Source of the DNA: Phycisphaera mikurensis NBRC 102666
Lineage (GTDB): Bacteria > Planctomycetota > Phycisphaerae > Phycisphaerales > Phycisphaeraceae
Direction of reading: 5' to 3'
DNA length: 32,000 nt
NCBI RefSeq assembly: GCF_000284115.1
Contig: NC_017080.1
Location: forward strand, 810,001-842,000
Position 1 is the first letter of the stretch. Each line of letters opens with the position of its first letter. A model generated the notes under the pieces. That model had not been told where the DNA came from. It was given only the letters and a program-made list of their open reading frames with translations, and did not search any database. The position numbers and the translations under genes were made by a program. Below are positions 1 to 8,567 of this stretch, in pieces.

Positions 1-630
1 GGCGCGGGGACGCGGGCGTAGCGTGAATCGCCGGCCGGCGAGCCGCCCGCGTTGTGCCACTGCTCGTCGGCCGGGCCCGCCCCGGGCTTCGGCGTGCGGT
101 GCGTCGCGAAGAAGCCCACGTCCAGCAGGAAGGGCTTGCCCGCGGCGGCGCCGCCCGCGCGGTCGCCTCCGCTGCGCCGACGCAGGAACCCCGCCGCCAC
201 CTCCACCGTCGCCTCGTCAAGCCCCGCCCAGTCGTGCGGATCCACCCCGCGTCGCTTTCGGAACAGCTCGTCCGTGTACCCGAGGTCGCGCATCGACGCC
301 CCGTCCTCCAGCGTGTGGACGTGCTGCAGGCCGGCGAGGACCGTCTCGTACCCCGCGTCCCGCAGCACCGCCGGCATCGTCCGCTCCGGCTGCTCCAGCC
401 GCCCGCCGCGGTGCGTGAGGCCCATCATCCCGTTGCTGTGGGCGTAACGGCCCGAGAGCAGGCAAGCCCGGCTCGGCGAGCACGTCGGGTTGTTGCAGAA
501 GGCCTGCCGGTAGGTGACGCCCCGCTCGGCGAAACGCTGGAGATTCGGCGTGTCGACCGCGAAGCCGTAGGGGCTGGCGTGCCGGCCGGTGTCGTGGCTG
601 TGCAGGTAGAGGACGTTCGGGCGCGTCATG
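1..630 (-). CDS. Formylglycine-type sulfatase (arylsulfatase family), N-terminal 210 codons; the 3' end runs off the window start
   Basis: Absent from the ORF track because there is no in-window stop. The reverse-strand ATG at 628-630 opens MTRPNVLYLHSHDTGRHASPYGF...QAFCNNPTCSPSRACLLSGRYAHSNGMMGL. The CxPxR box (CSPSR) followed by LLSGRY..NG is the type I sulfatase signature. The frame stays open to position 1. Confidence 0.85.
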
Positions 631-775
631 GGCGGCATTCTGGCGTGCGGCGGAGGGCCGGCGACGGGCGCCCCCCCCGCCCCCGACCCCGGTGTCGATC
701 CGCGTTCATCTGTGGCTGGTCCCTCGCCCCTGGCGGTGACGCGCTTCGGGACAGTCTCCAGGCCCGCGCGGCCGC

Positions 776-2476
776 GTGCCCGGCCGCGGGGCGAGGCTTA
801 GCGTCCGCCCGCGCATGCGACGGCGAAACCCTCCATCACCGCCTTGGGCGGCGGCCGCGGCGGCGGTGGCCGGCGTGCTCGCGGTGGCGGGGGTCCTGCT
901 CCGGGACCGCTTGGCGGAGCCCGGCGGCGCGGCGTTTTTCGGGGGCCTCGCGGCAACCGGGCTCGCGTTGCTGATCCCCGGCGTGCTGCTGGCGCCGCGC
1001 CGGCCCGCGGCGGGTCGCCTCCGGCGGGGCATGGCCCGCCTGTCGGACTTCTGGCTCGTGGCGGTGCCCGGCCTGCTGGTGCTGCACCTGCACCTGCTCG
1101 CCGTGACGGGGCGGCCGACCTGGTTCTACGCGTGGCTCCTCGTGGACCGCACCGCCCACGCCTGGGCGGGCCCGGAAGGCCTCACGCCCAACCTCGGGCT
1201 CTTCCTGCCGGTCGCCGCGTCGATGGGGCTGGCGATGGTCGCGGTCCGGCTCGCGGTGGGGCGGCTGCGGGGGCGCCGCCTGCCGGGCCGGGTGTACGCC
1301 TTGCTGCTGGCGGGCGGCGCCGCGGTGGCGTTGCACCCCGCCGGCTGGGCTTCGGCTCCCGGCGGGAGCCCCGGCGGCTGGGAGCGGGCGCTGCCGGAGG
1401 TGACCGGGCCCACGGGGGAGGCCACGCGGGACACCGTGCTGATCGTGCTCGAGTCGCTGCGGGCGGACGTGCTCGAGCCCCGAACGATGCCCCGCGCGTC
1501 GGCGCTGGCCGAGGGCGGCCTGGTGCTCGGGCGGCACCACGCCGGGGCGAACAGCTCGCTGCTCGGGCTGCACGGCCTGCTCACCGGCCGCCCGGCGGCA
1601 CACGCCGAGGCCGACCTCGCCGCCGGCGTGATGCCGCCGCTGCTCGCCGCCGCGCGCCGAGCGGGTTACCGCACCGCGTGGTTCGACGGCGGCCACGAGG
1701 CGGCGGGAGCGGGCGGCTTCGGCCGGCTCGCCGGCCCGGCGTTCTTCGACCGCCACCACGCCGGCGCGAACGACGACTGGGCCGCGGGCGACGCCTGGGC
1801 GCTCGACCGCCTCGCCGACACCCTGGCCGAGCCAAACCGCCCGCCGGTGTTCGCCGTCGTCTTCCTCGTGGCCACGCATTTCAACTACCCGCCACCGCCG
1901 GCCGACGAACGCCGCTTCGCGCCCGCCGCCGGCGACGGCGGCCTGCTCGTGCCGCGGCCGCCGACCGGTCCCTTCCGCACGCCGGTCGTCAACCGGTACC
2001 GCAACGCCGTGCACGCCGCCGACGCGCGGCTCGGCCGCTTCCTCGACCGGATCGACCTCGACGCCACCCGCATCGCCCTCACCGGCGATCACGGGCAGAG
2101 CCTCTACGACGACGGGACGATCGGCCACTGGAGCCGGCTCAGCGACGCGCAGACGCGCGTTCCCTTCTTCCTGACCGGGCCGGGCGTGCCCGCCGGCCGG
2201 ATCGACGCCACCACCGCCCACGCGGACGCCGCGGCCCTGCTGCTGCGGGTCCTGGTGGGCGCGCCGATCGATCTCGCGCCTCCCGAGCGGCCGACGCTGC
2301 TCGTGCAGTCCAATCCGGTCCGCGGCACGGAGGACTGGGTCGTCCTGGAGGGTGGCCGCCGCACCGCCTGGCTCCGCCGCGGCGACGCCTTCCGCCTCCT
2401 GGGTCCGATCGACACGCTCGGCCGGCTGCGACCGACGCCACCGCCCGGCGACACCCGCGTCACGCGGAGCGGCTGA
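776..2476 (+). CDS. Membrane-anchored sulfatase-fold (alkaline phosphatase superfamily) protein, LtaS/OpgB/EptA-like phosphotransferase architecture
   Basis: GTG start at 776 (alternative ATG at 815). The N-terminal ~200 aa carry about five hydrophobic segments (AAVAGVLAVAGVLL, FGGLAATGLALLIPGVLLA, FWLVAVPGLLVLHLHLLAV, LFLPVAASMGLAMVAV, YALLLAGGAAVAL). The sulfatase-fold motifs DTVLIVLESLRADVL, GANSSLLGLHGLLTG and TGDHGQSLYDDG follow. There is no CxPxR box, so it is not a classical sulfatase. Confidence 0.7.
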   Translation: MPGRGARLSVRPRMRRRNPPSPPWAAAAAAVAGVLAVAGVLLRDRLAEPGGAAFFGGLAATGLALLIPGVLLAPRRPAAGRLRRGMARLSDFWLVAVPGLLVLHLHLLAVTGRPTWFYAWLLVDRTAHAWAGPEGLTPNLGLFLPVAASMGLAMVAVRLAVGRLRGRRLPGRVYALLLAGGAAVALHPAGWASAPGGSPGGWERALPEVTGPTGEATRDTVLIVLESLRADVLEPRTMPRASALAEGGLVLGRHHAGANSSLLGLHGLLTGRPAAHAEADLAAGVMPPLLAAARRAGYRTAWFDGGHEAAGAGGFGRLAGPAFFDRHHAGANDDWAAGDAWALDRLADTLAEPNRPPVFAVVFLVATHFNYPPPPADERRFAPAAGDGGLLVPRPPTGPFRTPVVNRYRNAVHAADARLGRFLDRIDLDATRIALTGDHGQSLYDDGTIGHWSRLSDAQTRVPFFLTGPGVPAGRIDATTAHADAAALLLRVLVGAPIDLAPPERPTLLVQSNPVRGTEDWVVLEGGRRTAWLRRGDAFRLLGPIDTLGRLRPTPPPGDTRVTRSG

Positions 2477-2549
2477 CCTCGGAGCGATCCAGCCCGCAGC
2501 GCCCGCCTCCGACCCTCAGCCGGCGCGAGCCGGGGCACCGGAGGGTTCC

Positions 2550-5459
2550 TCACTTCGCCTCGAGCCAGTCCGCGCCCACGCTCGCCTCCACTTCCAGCGG
2601 GCAGCGGAGCGTCATTGCAGAGGACATCACCTCCCGCATCACGCCGGCGAGCTCGTCGGCCCGGCCGGCGGGGGCCTCGGCGACGAGCTCGTCGTGGACC
2701 TGCAGCAGGACGCGGAGCGGGAGGTCCTCGCTGCGGATCCGCCGGTCCAGGTCCACCATCGCCGTCTTGATGAGGTCCGCGGCGGAGCCCTGCACGACGC
2801 TGTTGATCGCCAGCCGCTCGGCGAGGCTGCGCTGGTTGGGGTTGCGGCTATCGATGCCGTCGATGACGCGGCGGCGGCCGAGGATCGTGGTGACGAAGCC
2901 GCTGTCGCGCGCCTGCGTCACGCACTGCTGCAGGAACCGGTCGATGCCGGCGTAGCGGGCCTTGTACGCGTCGATGAGCTCGGCGGCGCCGGCGTTGTCG
3001 AGGCCCTCGATCCGGCGGGCGAGGCCGAAGGCGGTGACGCCGTAGACGATGCCGAAGTTGATCGTCTTGGCGGCGTTCCGCTGCTCTTTCGTGACGCCGG
3101 CCTCGGCCACCTTGAAGACCTCGGCGGCGACCGCGGTGTGCACGTCGCGGTTCTCGGCGAAGGCTTCCAGCAGCGCTTCGTCTTCGGAGAGGTGCGCCAG
3201 CACGCGGAGCTCCACCTGGCTGTAGTCGGCGGCGATGAGCTTCATCCCCTCGGGCGCGACGAAGGCCGAGCGGATCTGCTTGCCCGTCTCGGTGCGGATC
3301 GGGATGTTCTGCAGGTTCGGGTCGCTGCTGGAGAGCCGGCCGGTGGCGGCGCCGGTGGGGTTGAAGGAGCAGTGGACGCGGGAGTCGCCGAGCTGCTGCG
3401 CGGCCGCCTGCAGCTGGGCGAAGTAGGTGCCGGTGAGCTTGCTGAGCATCCGGTACTCGAGCATTCCGGCGGGGAGGCCGTGGGCGGCGGTCGGGACGTT
3501 CGGCAGCGCCCCGTCGGCGGCGAGCCCGCTGAGCTTCTCGAGCACCTCGGCGTCGGTCGAGTAGCCGGTCTTGGTCTTCTTCTGCACGGGGAAGCCGAGG
3601 CGGTCGAAGAGCAGGGCGCCCAGCTGCTTCGGGCTGTCGAGGCTCGGCGGCTCCTCGCCCTCGGGCGTGGGCGAGGCTCCCTCGACGGCCGCCTCCATCT
3701 CCGCCTTCAGCTCGTCGGCCCGCTCCGCGAGGCGGGCCCGCTGCTCCTCCAGGCGGTCGGGATCGACGAGGATGCCGGCCCGCTCCATCTCGAAGAGGAT
3801 CGGGACCAGCGGCATCTCGACGTTCCTCGCCAGCTCCAGCACGCCGTTCTCCGCGCAACGCTTCTCCAGCAGGTTGCAAAGCCTCAGCGTGACGTCGGCG
3901 TCTTCGGCGGCGTAGGCGGTGACCCGAGCGAGGTCGCACGCGGCGATGGACTTCTGGGGCGGGTCGGCCTTCTTCCGCGGCTTCTCGCCGATGACCGCGG
4001 CGATGGGGATGCAGCGGTGGTCCAGCTCGGCGAGCGCGAGCGCGTCCATCCCCAGCCCCGGGGCGTTGCACAGGAAGGCGGCGACCATGCTGTCGAAGAC
4101 CGGGCCTTGCACCTCGACGCCGCCGTGGGCGAGCACGTGCAGGTCGTACTTGAAGTTCTGGCCGAGCTTGGCGACGGACGCGTCTTCGAGGAGCGGGCGG
4201 AGCAACTCGATCACCTCGGCTTCGCCGAGGTGCGTGTCGGGTTCTGGCGAGAGGACGGGGATGTACACCGCCTCGCCCTCCTTCCAGCTCATCGAGACGC
4301 CCGCCAGGCCGGTGTGGTGGCCCATGCCGAGGGTCTCGGTGTCGACCGCGACGCGGCCCGCGGACCGCGCGTCCTCCACCGCTTGTTCGACCGCGGTCCG
4401 CGACGTCAAGCAGGTGTAGCCGGCGTTGGCGAAGGCGGGGTACCTCGCGTCGTCGTCCTGCGGTTCGTCCTCGGCCGCCGGCGTGGCGAAGAGGCCCCCC
4501 GCCGGCGCCTCCTCCCTGGGGTCGGGCTGCTTCGCTCGGCCGAGGGAGGCTTCCGGGTTGTCGGCCGTCCGCTTCAGGCGGGCGAGCTCGCGCGGGTGGC
4601 CATTGAAGCCGCACCGCTCGAAGAGCGCGAGGAGGGCGGCGTCGTCGATGGCGTCGATGGAGACGGCGGCGTCGTCGGCGTCGAAGCCGGTCTCGACGTC
4701 GCGCATCAGCGTGACGAGCTGCTTGGAGAGCGCGAGCTGGCCGCTGGCGATCGCCGCCTCCAGCCGCTCCCTCTGCTTGCCCTTGAGCGTCGGCACGCCG
4801 GCGATGACGCCGTCGAGGTCGCCGAACTTCTCCAGCAGCTTCGATGCGGTCTTGGGCCCGATGCCCTCGACGCCGGGCACGTTGTCGCTGGTGTCGCCGA
4901 TGAGCGCCTGGTAGTCGATCGCTTGGGCCGGGGTGATGCCCTTCTTCTCCAGGAGCCCCGGCTCGTCGCGGACCTCCTGCGTCTGCACGTCGTAGAGCAC
5001 GACGCGGTCGGAGATGACCTGCTCGAGGTCTTTGTCCTTGCTGACCAGCGTGACGCGGAGCGCGGGGTCGGCCGCCGTCAGCCGGTCGGCCAGCGTGGCC
5101 ATGATGTCGTCGGCCTCGGCGCCGGGCACGGCGAGGACCGGCAGGCCGAACCCCCGAGCGATCTCGATCATCACGGGGATCTGCGGCTTGAAGTCCTCCG
5201 GCGGGGCAATCCGGTTGCCCTTGTACGCCGGGTCGAGCGCGTGGCGGAAGGTGGGCTCGTCGCTGTCGATCACCAGCGCCGCCCGCGTCGGCCGGCAGGT
5301 GTCGAAGAACTTGAGGAGCATGGCGGTGAAGGCGAACACCGCGCCCGTCGGCTCGCCGGTGACGGGGCTGGTCATGCCGCCGCGGATGGCGTGGTAGGCC
5401 CGGAAGAACTGGTAGTGGCCGTCGATGAGGTAGACGGTCTCGGGCTTCGCGTCGGGCAT
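2550..5459 (-). CDS. polA: DNA polymerase I
   Basis: 969 aa. 5' nuclease domain (LIDGHYQFFRAYHA, GVEGIGPKTASKLL). Intact 3'-5' exonuclease motifs (VAVDTETLG, GQNFKYDLHVL, YAAEDADVTLRL). Family A polymerase motifs (DYSQVELRVLAHLS, RNAAKTINFGIVYG, QVHDELV). Confidence 0.97.
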   Translation of the reverse strand: MPDAKPETVYLIDGHYQFFRAYHAIRGGMTSPVTGEPTGAVFAFTAMLLKFFDTCRPTRAALVIDSDEPTFRHALDPAYKGNRIAPPEDFKPQIPVMIEIARGFGLPVLAVPGAEADDIMATLADRLTAADPALRVTLVSKDKDLEQVISDRVVLYDVQTQEVRDEPGLLEKKGITPAQAIDYQALIGDTSDNVPGVEGIGPKTASKLLEKFGDLDGVIAGVPTLKGKQRERLEAAIASGQLALSKQLVTLMRDVETGFDADDAAVSIDAIDDAALLALFERCGFNGHPRELARLKRTADNPEASLGRAKQPDPREEAPAGGLFATPAAEDEPQDDDARYPAFANAGYTCLTSRTAVEQAVEDARSAGRVAVDTETLGMGHHTGLAGVSMSWKEGEAVYIPVLSPEPDTHLGEAEVIELLRPLLEDASVAKLGQNFKYDLHVLAHGGVEVQGPVFDSMVAAFLCNAPGLGMDALALAELDHRCIPIAAVIGEKPRKKADPPQKSIAACDLARVTAYAAEDADVTLRLCNLLEKRCAENGVLELARNVEMPLVPILFEMERAGILVDPDRLEEQRARLAERADELKAEMEAAVEGASPTPEGEEPPSLDSPKQLGALLFDRLGFPVQKKTKTGYSTDAEVLEKLSGLAADGALPNVPTAAHGLPAGMLEYRMLSKLTGTYFAQLQAAAQQLGDSRVHCSFNPTGAATGRLSSSDPNLQNIPIRTETGKQIRSAFVAPEGMKLIAADYSQVELRVLAHLSEDEALLEAFAENRDVHTAVAAEVFKVAEAGVTKEQRNAAKTINFGIVYGVTAFGLARRIEGLDNAGAAELIDAYKARYAGIDRFLQQCVTQARDSGFVTTILGRRRVIDGIDSRNPNQRSLAERLAINSVVQGSAADLIKTAMVDLDRRIRSEDLPLRVLLQVHDELVAEAPAGRADELAGVMREVMSSAMTLRCPLEVEASVGADWLEAK

Positions 5460-5560
5460 GCGGCGAGGGTAGAAGTGGGGGGGGACGCAGCGGGAGGTTC
5501 TTGTGCGGAGGGGCTATTTGGTCCGCGACGGGCGGGGGTAGCGGGTTGGACCGGGGTTGG

Positions 5561-5662
5561 GTGAGAGACGAAGAGACGGAGACAGCAAGACAGAGCGAAC
5601 GCCGAGCGAAGCGACGGCGCGTCATGTCCGTCTTCGTCTCTTCGTCTCTTCGTCTCTTCGCC
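5561..5662. repeat. Octamer-repeat hairpin element, copy 1
   Basis: Short arm GTGAGAGACGAAGAGACGGAGAC (5561-5583), a 42-nt spacer, then a long arm GTCCG + TCTTCGTC x3 + TCTTCGCC (5626-5662). The arms are complementary. Bases 5561-5578 are identical to the reverse complement of 18159-18176. Confidence 0.8.
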
Positions 5663-5685
5663 TCCCCCCCCGCCTAGCTTCCGCC

Positions 5686-6495
5686 ATGCCGGCCCGCTCC
5701 GCGAACCGCGCCTTCACGCTCATCGAGCTGCTCGTGGTGGTCTCGATCGTCGCGCTGCTGGTCGGGCTGCTGCTGCCGGCGCTGGGGGCGGCGCGGGAGG
5801 CCGCCCGCTCGGCGGCGTGCGGGAGCAACCAGCGGCAGCTGGGGATCACGCTGGCGGTGTACGCCAACGACTTCGAGGGTCAGCTGCCGCTCGGGCACGC
5901 GCTGGGGCCGCCGCCGGCCGGCTGGCGGCAGTACAACTACCTGGTGCGGACGGCGTCGGCGGATCCGGGCTGGCGCTGGATGGGGCTGCTCTATCTCAAC
6001 GGCGGCTTCGAGTCGCCGGAGGCCTTCTTCTGCCCCTCCGAGGCGGATCCGCTCCTGTCCTTCGACACCGTCGACAACCCCTGGCCGGTCCGCGGCGAGC
6101 CGCTGCCCGCGAGCAAGAGCACCCGCGTGGGCTACGGCGTGCGGCCGGTGGTCGCCTGGCCGTTCCCGGGCGGGGCGCCGATGCCGCGGCCGGCGGGCGG
6201 GCTGCCCTCCATCGAGGCGCTGCGGCCCGCGGACGCGGTGACCGCGGACCACGTGCACAAGCCCGATCGGGTCCGCGACCGCCACGGCGACGGCGTCAAC
6301 GCGGGGCGGGCGGACGGGAGCGTCGGCCGGGTGGGCTTGGACCGCCTCGCGGCGGTGGCGGTGGGTGGGGTGCGCTGGCTGGACACGGAAGGCGCGAGCT
6401 TCAGCCCGATCTTCAACGGCGTGATGCTGCGGGCGGCCGACGCGGCGGCGGGCGTGGAGGAAGCCGGCGTCTGGCACGAGCTCCGCGGTCCCTGA
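5686..6495 (+). CDS. Prepilin-type N-terminal cleavage/methylation domain protein, H-X9-DG / DUF1559 family
   Basis: ATG 5686 gives MPARSANRAFTLIELLVVVSIVALLVGLLLPALGAAREAARSAACGSNQRQLG, a class III signal with FTLIELLVV. The C-terminal HGDGVNAGRADG fits H-X9-DG. The upstream 43 codons of track ORF 5557 are repeat-encoded and rejected. Confidence 0.85.
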   Translation: MPARSANRAFTLIELLVVVSIVALLVGLLLPALGAAREAARSAACGSNQRQLGITLAVYANDFEGQLPLGHALGPPPAGWRQYNYLVRTASADPGWRWMGLLYLNGGFESPEAFFCPSEADPLLSFDTVDNPWPVRGEPLPASKSTRVGYGVRPVVAWPFPGGAPMPRPAGGLPSIEALRPADAVTADHVHKPDRVRDRHGDGVNAGRADGSVGRVGLDRLAAVAVGGVRWLDTEGASFSPIFNGVMLRAADAAAGVEEAGVWHELRGP

Positions 6496-6496
6496 G

Positions 6497-6542
6497 CCGC
6501 GGACCGCCGGGGATTTCGGCTCCAGAGCCGGACGGTCCGCGG
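6497..6542. repeat. 46-bp CCGCGGACC-N28-GGTCCGCGG hairpin element, copy 1
   Basis: CCGCGGACC at 6497-6505 and GGTCCGCGG at 6534-6542, giving a 9-bp stem with an exactly 28-nt spacer that contains an inner GGCTC/GAGCC stem. It starts 2 nt after the DUF1559 stop codon. An extra CCGCGGTCC at 6484-6492 allows alternative pairing. Confidence 0.75.
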
Positions 6543-6561
6543 CGTCCTCTACCTTGCCCGC

Positions 6562-7512
6562 GTGCGTCCCCCCTCCGCCTCCACCTGCGGCTGGATCACC
6601 CTGGGCGTTGTCGCAGCGGCGTGCGTGCTGTCGCTGCCCTGGACGCTCGGGGCGTACGACCTCCAGCGGGTCGAGGTCGCGGGGAAGCTGCTGGCGCCGC
6701 CCTCGCTGGCGGAGCCCTTCGGCACCGACGCGCTGGGCCGCTCGGTGCTGGCCCGCTGCCTGCTCGGCGGGGCGATCTCGCTGGGGATCGGCCTCGCGGC
6801 GGCGCTGCTGGCGGTGCTGCTGGGCACCGCCTGGGGCCTGGTCGCCGGCTACGCGGGCGGCAAGGTCGATGCGGTGATGATGCGCTTGGTCGACGTGCTG
6901 TACGGGTTGCCGTACCTGCTGATGGTCGTGCTGCTGGGGCTGGCGGTCGCCGGCGTCGTGGCCGGCGTCGACGGCTGGGGGCTGGCGCAGGAAGAGGCGG
7001 CGGAAGCGGCGGGGCTGCCGGCGGAGCCGTGGTTCTTCGTGGCGTTCGTGCGGGAGCAGCGGGACCTGGTGGGCCTGCTCACGCTGGTGGTCGCGCTGGG
7101 CGGGGTGAGCTGGCTGACGATGGCCCGGGTGGTCCGGGGGCAGACGCTGTCGATCCGCCGGCGGCCCTTCATCGAGGCGACGCGGGCGCTGGGGCTGCCG
7201 CTGCCCCGGGTGCTGCTCCGGCACGTGCTGCCGCACCTCGCCGGCCCGGTCGTCGTCTACGCGACGCTGGCCGTGCCCACGGCCATCCTGCAGGAGAGCT
7301 TCCTCTCGTTCCTGGGCATCGGCGTGCGGGCCCCGCTGCCCAGCTGGGGCAACCTCGCGGCCGAGGGCGTGGCCGAACTGGGCGCGCTGGCGATCCCGGG
7401 GCTCGCGGTGGCGTGGTGGCTGCCGCTGTTCCCCTGCGGGCTGCTGGGGGTGACGCTGCTGGGGCTGAACCTCGCCGGCGACGGCCTGCAGAGCTCCGCT
7501 TCGCGGGGTTGA
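6562..7512 (+). CDS. ABC transporter permease, OppC/DppC (peptide/nickel) family
   Basis: GTG start at 6562. Family motifs: PFGTDALGRSVLARCLLGG, VDAVMMRLVDVLYGLPYLLMVV, WLTMARVVRGQTLSIRRRPFIEATRALG, ILQESFLSFLGIGV. No OppA/B/D/F partner lies in the window. Confidence 0.8.
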   Translation: MRPPSASTCGWITLGVVAAACVLSLPWTLGAYDLQRVEVAGKLLAPPSLAEPFGTDALGRSVLARCLLGGAISLGIGLAAALLAVLLGTAWGLVAGYAGGKVDAVMMRLVDVLYGLPYLLMVVLLGLAVAGVVAGVDGWGLAQEEAAEAAGLPAEPWFFVAFVREQRDLVGLLTLVVALGGVSWLTMARVVRGQTLSIRRRPFIEATRALGLPLPRVLLRHVLPHLAGPVVVYATLAVPTAILQESFLSFLGIGVRAPLPSWGNLAAEGVAELGALAIPGLAVAWWLPLFPCGLLGVTLLGLNLAGDGLQSSASRG

Positions 7513-7645
7513 TCGCCGCGTCGCTGCCGCCCGCGACGGCGGCTTGCGGCGGCGTCGGCTCGGCTCCAGAAACCGAGGGGCAGGGCGGCGGGCGGATCCG
7601 GCCCCGTCGCGAGGGGGGCCACGGCGACGCGTTTATGGTGCCGGC

Positions 7646-8536
7646 ATGTTCAAGCCCGCCGGCACGTTCACCGCCCTGATCACGCCTTTCCGGGGCGACG
7701 AAGTCGACTTCGAGGCGCTCCGGCAGAACGTGAAAGCCCAGGCCGACGCCGGCATCACCGGCGTCGTGCCCTGCGGGACGACCGGCGAGTCGCCGACGCT
7801 TAGCCACGCGGAGCACCGCGAGGTGATCGAGCGGACGATCGCCGCCGCGGCGGGCACCGGGATGACGGTGATGGCGGGCACGGGCAGCAACGCGACCAAA
7901 GAGGCGATCGACCTCACGCGGGCGGCGAAGGAGTCGGGCGCGGACGCGTCGCTGCTCGTGAATCCCTACTACAACAAGCCTTCGCAGGAGGGTCTCTACG
8001 CGCACGTGATGGCGGTCGCCGACGCGGTCGAGATCCCGATCGTGCTCTACAACATCCCCGGCCGCACCGGCGTGACCATGCTGCCCGAGACCATCGAGCG
8101 CCTCGCCGCCCACCCCCACGTCGTGGCCGACAAGGAGGCGACCGGCTCGCTGGACGTCGCCAGCGAGATCCGCCACCGCTGCGGCGACGGCTTCGCCGTG
8201 CTCTCCGGTGACGACTCGCTCACGCTGCCGCTGATGAGCGTCGGCGGCACCGGCGTGGTGAGCGTGCTCTCGAACCTCTTCCCCGCGGAGGTGAAGAGGC
8301 TGGTCGACGCGGCCGCCGCTGGCGACTTCGCCGGCGCGCTCGCGCAGCACGTCAAGCTCTTCCCGCTGTTCCGGGCGGTGCTGTCGATGGCGGTGAATCC
8401 CGTGGTCATCAAGACGGCGATGCGGCAGGCGGGCCTGGACACCGGCGGGCTGCGGCTTCCGCTGACCGGCATGAGCCCGCCGGCCGAGGCCGAGCTGCAG
8501 CGGATCGTGGGGGAGACCCGCTCGCGGCTGGGCTGA
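7646..8536 (+). CDS. dapA: 4-hydroxy-tetrahydrodipicolinate synthase
   Basis: ATG 7646 gives MFKPAGTFTALITPFRGDEVDFEAL...GVVPCGTTGESPTLSHAEH...YNKPSQEGLYAH...IVLYNIPGRTG, with classical DapA motifs. The upstream 34 codons of the track ORF are Arg/Gly-rich and unlikely to be real. Confidence 0.95.
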   Translation: MFKPAGTFTALITPFRGDEVDFEALRQNVKAQADAGITGVVPCGTTGESPTLSHAEHREVIERTIAAAAGTGMTVMAGTGSNATKEAIDLTRAAKESGADASLLVNPYYNKPSQEGLYAHVMAVADAVEIPIVLYNIPGRTGVTMLPETIERLAAHPHVVADKEATGSLDVASEIRHRCGDGFAVLSGDDSLTLPLMSVGGTGVVSVLSNLFPAEVKRLVDAAAAGDFAGALAQHVKLFPLFRAVLSMAVNPVVIKTAMRQAGLDTGGLRLPLTGMSPPAEAELQRIVGETRSRLG

Positions 8537-8537
8537 T

Positions 8538-8552
8538 CCCGCGGATCGCGGG
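8538..8552. terminator. Short GC hairpin between convergent dapA and rsmD (possible bidirectional terminator)
   Basis: CCCGCG-GAT-CGCGGG, a 6-bp stem, lying 2 nt after the dapA stop and 16 nt before the rsmD stop. There is no U-tract. Confidence 0.3.
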
Positions 8553-8567
8553 CCGGGATCGCCAGAA

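Noticed and set aside
2317-2325. Individual GGTCCGCGG / CCGCGGACC 9-mers inside coding regions (also at 2774, 4358 and 8577) as further element copies
   Set aside because: They lack a partner arm at the 28-nt spacing and sit within well-supported codons. They simply show that the 9-mer itself is not rare in this composition.
2352-5564. 1070-aa plus-strand ORF covering the whole polA locus
   Set aside because: It is antisense to an unmistakable polA. Its composition is Gly/Arg/Ala/Val/Asp-rich with no motifs, a typical shadow ORF of a very GC-rich genome.
5557-5685. N-terminal extension of the DUF1559 ORF (MGERRRDGDSKTER...)
   Set aside because: It is encoded entirely by the octamer-repeat element. 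The class III signal peptide should sit at the extreme N-terminus, which ATG 5686 provides.
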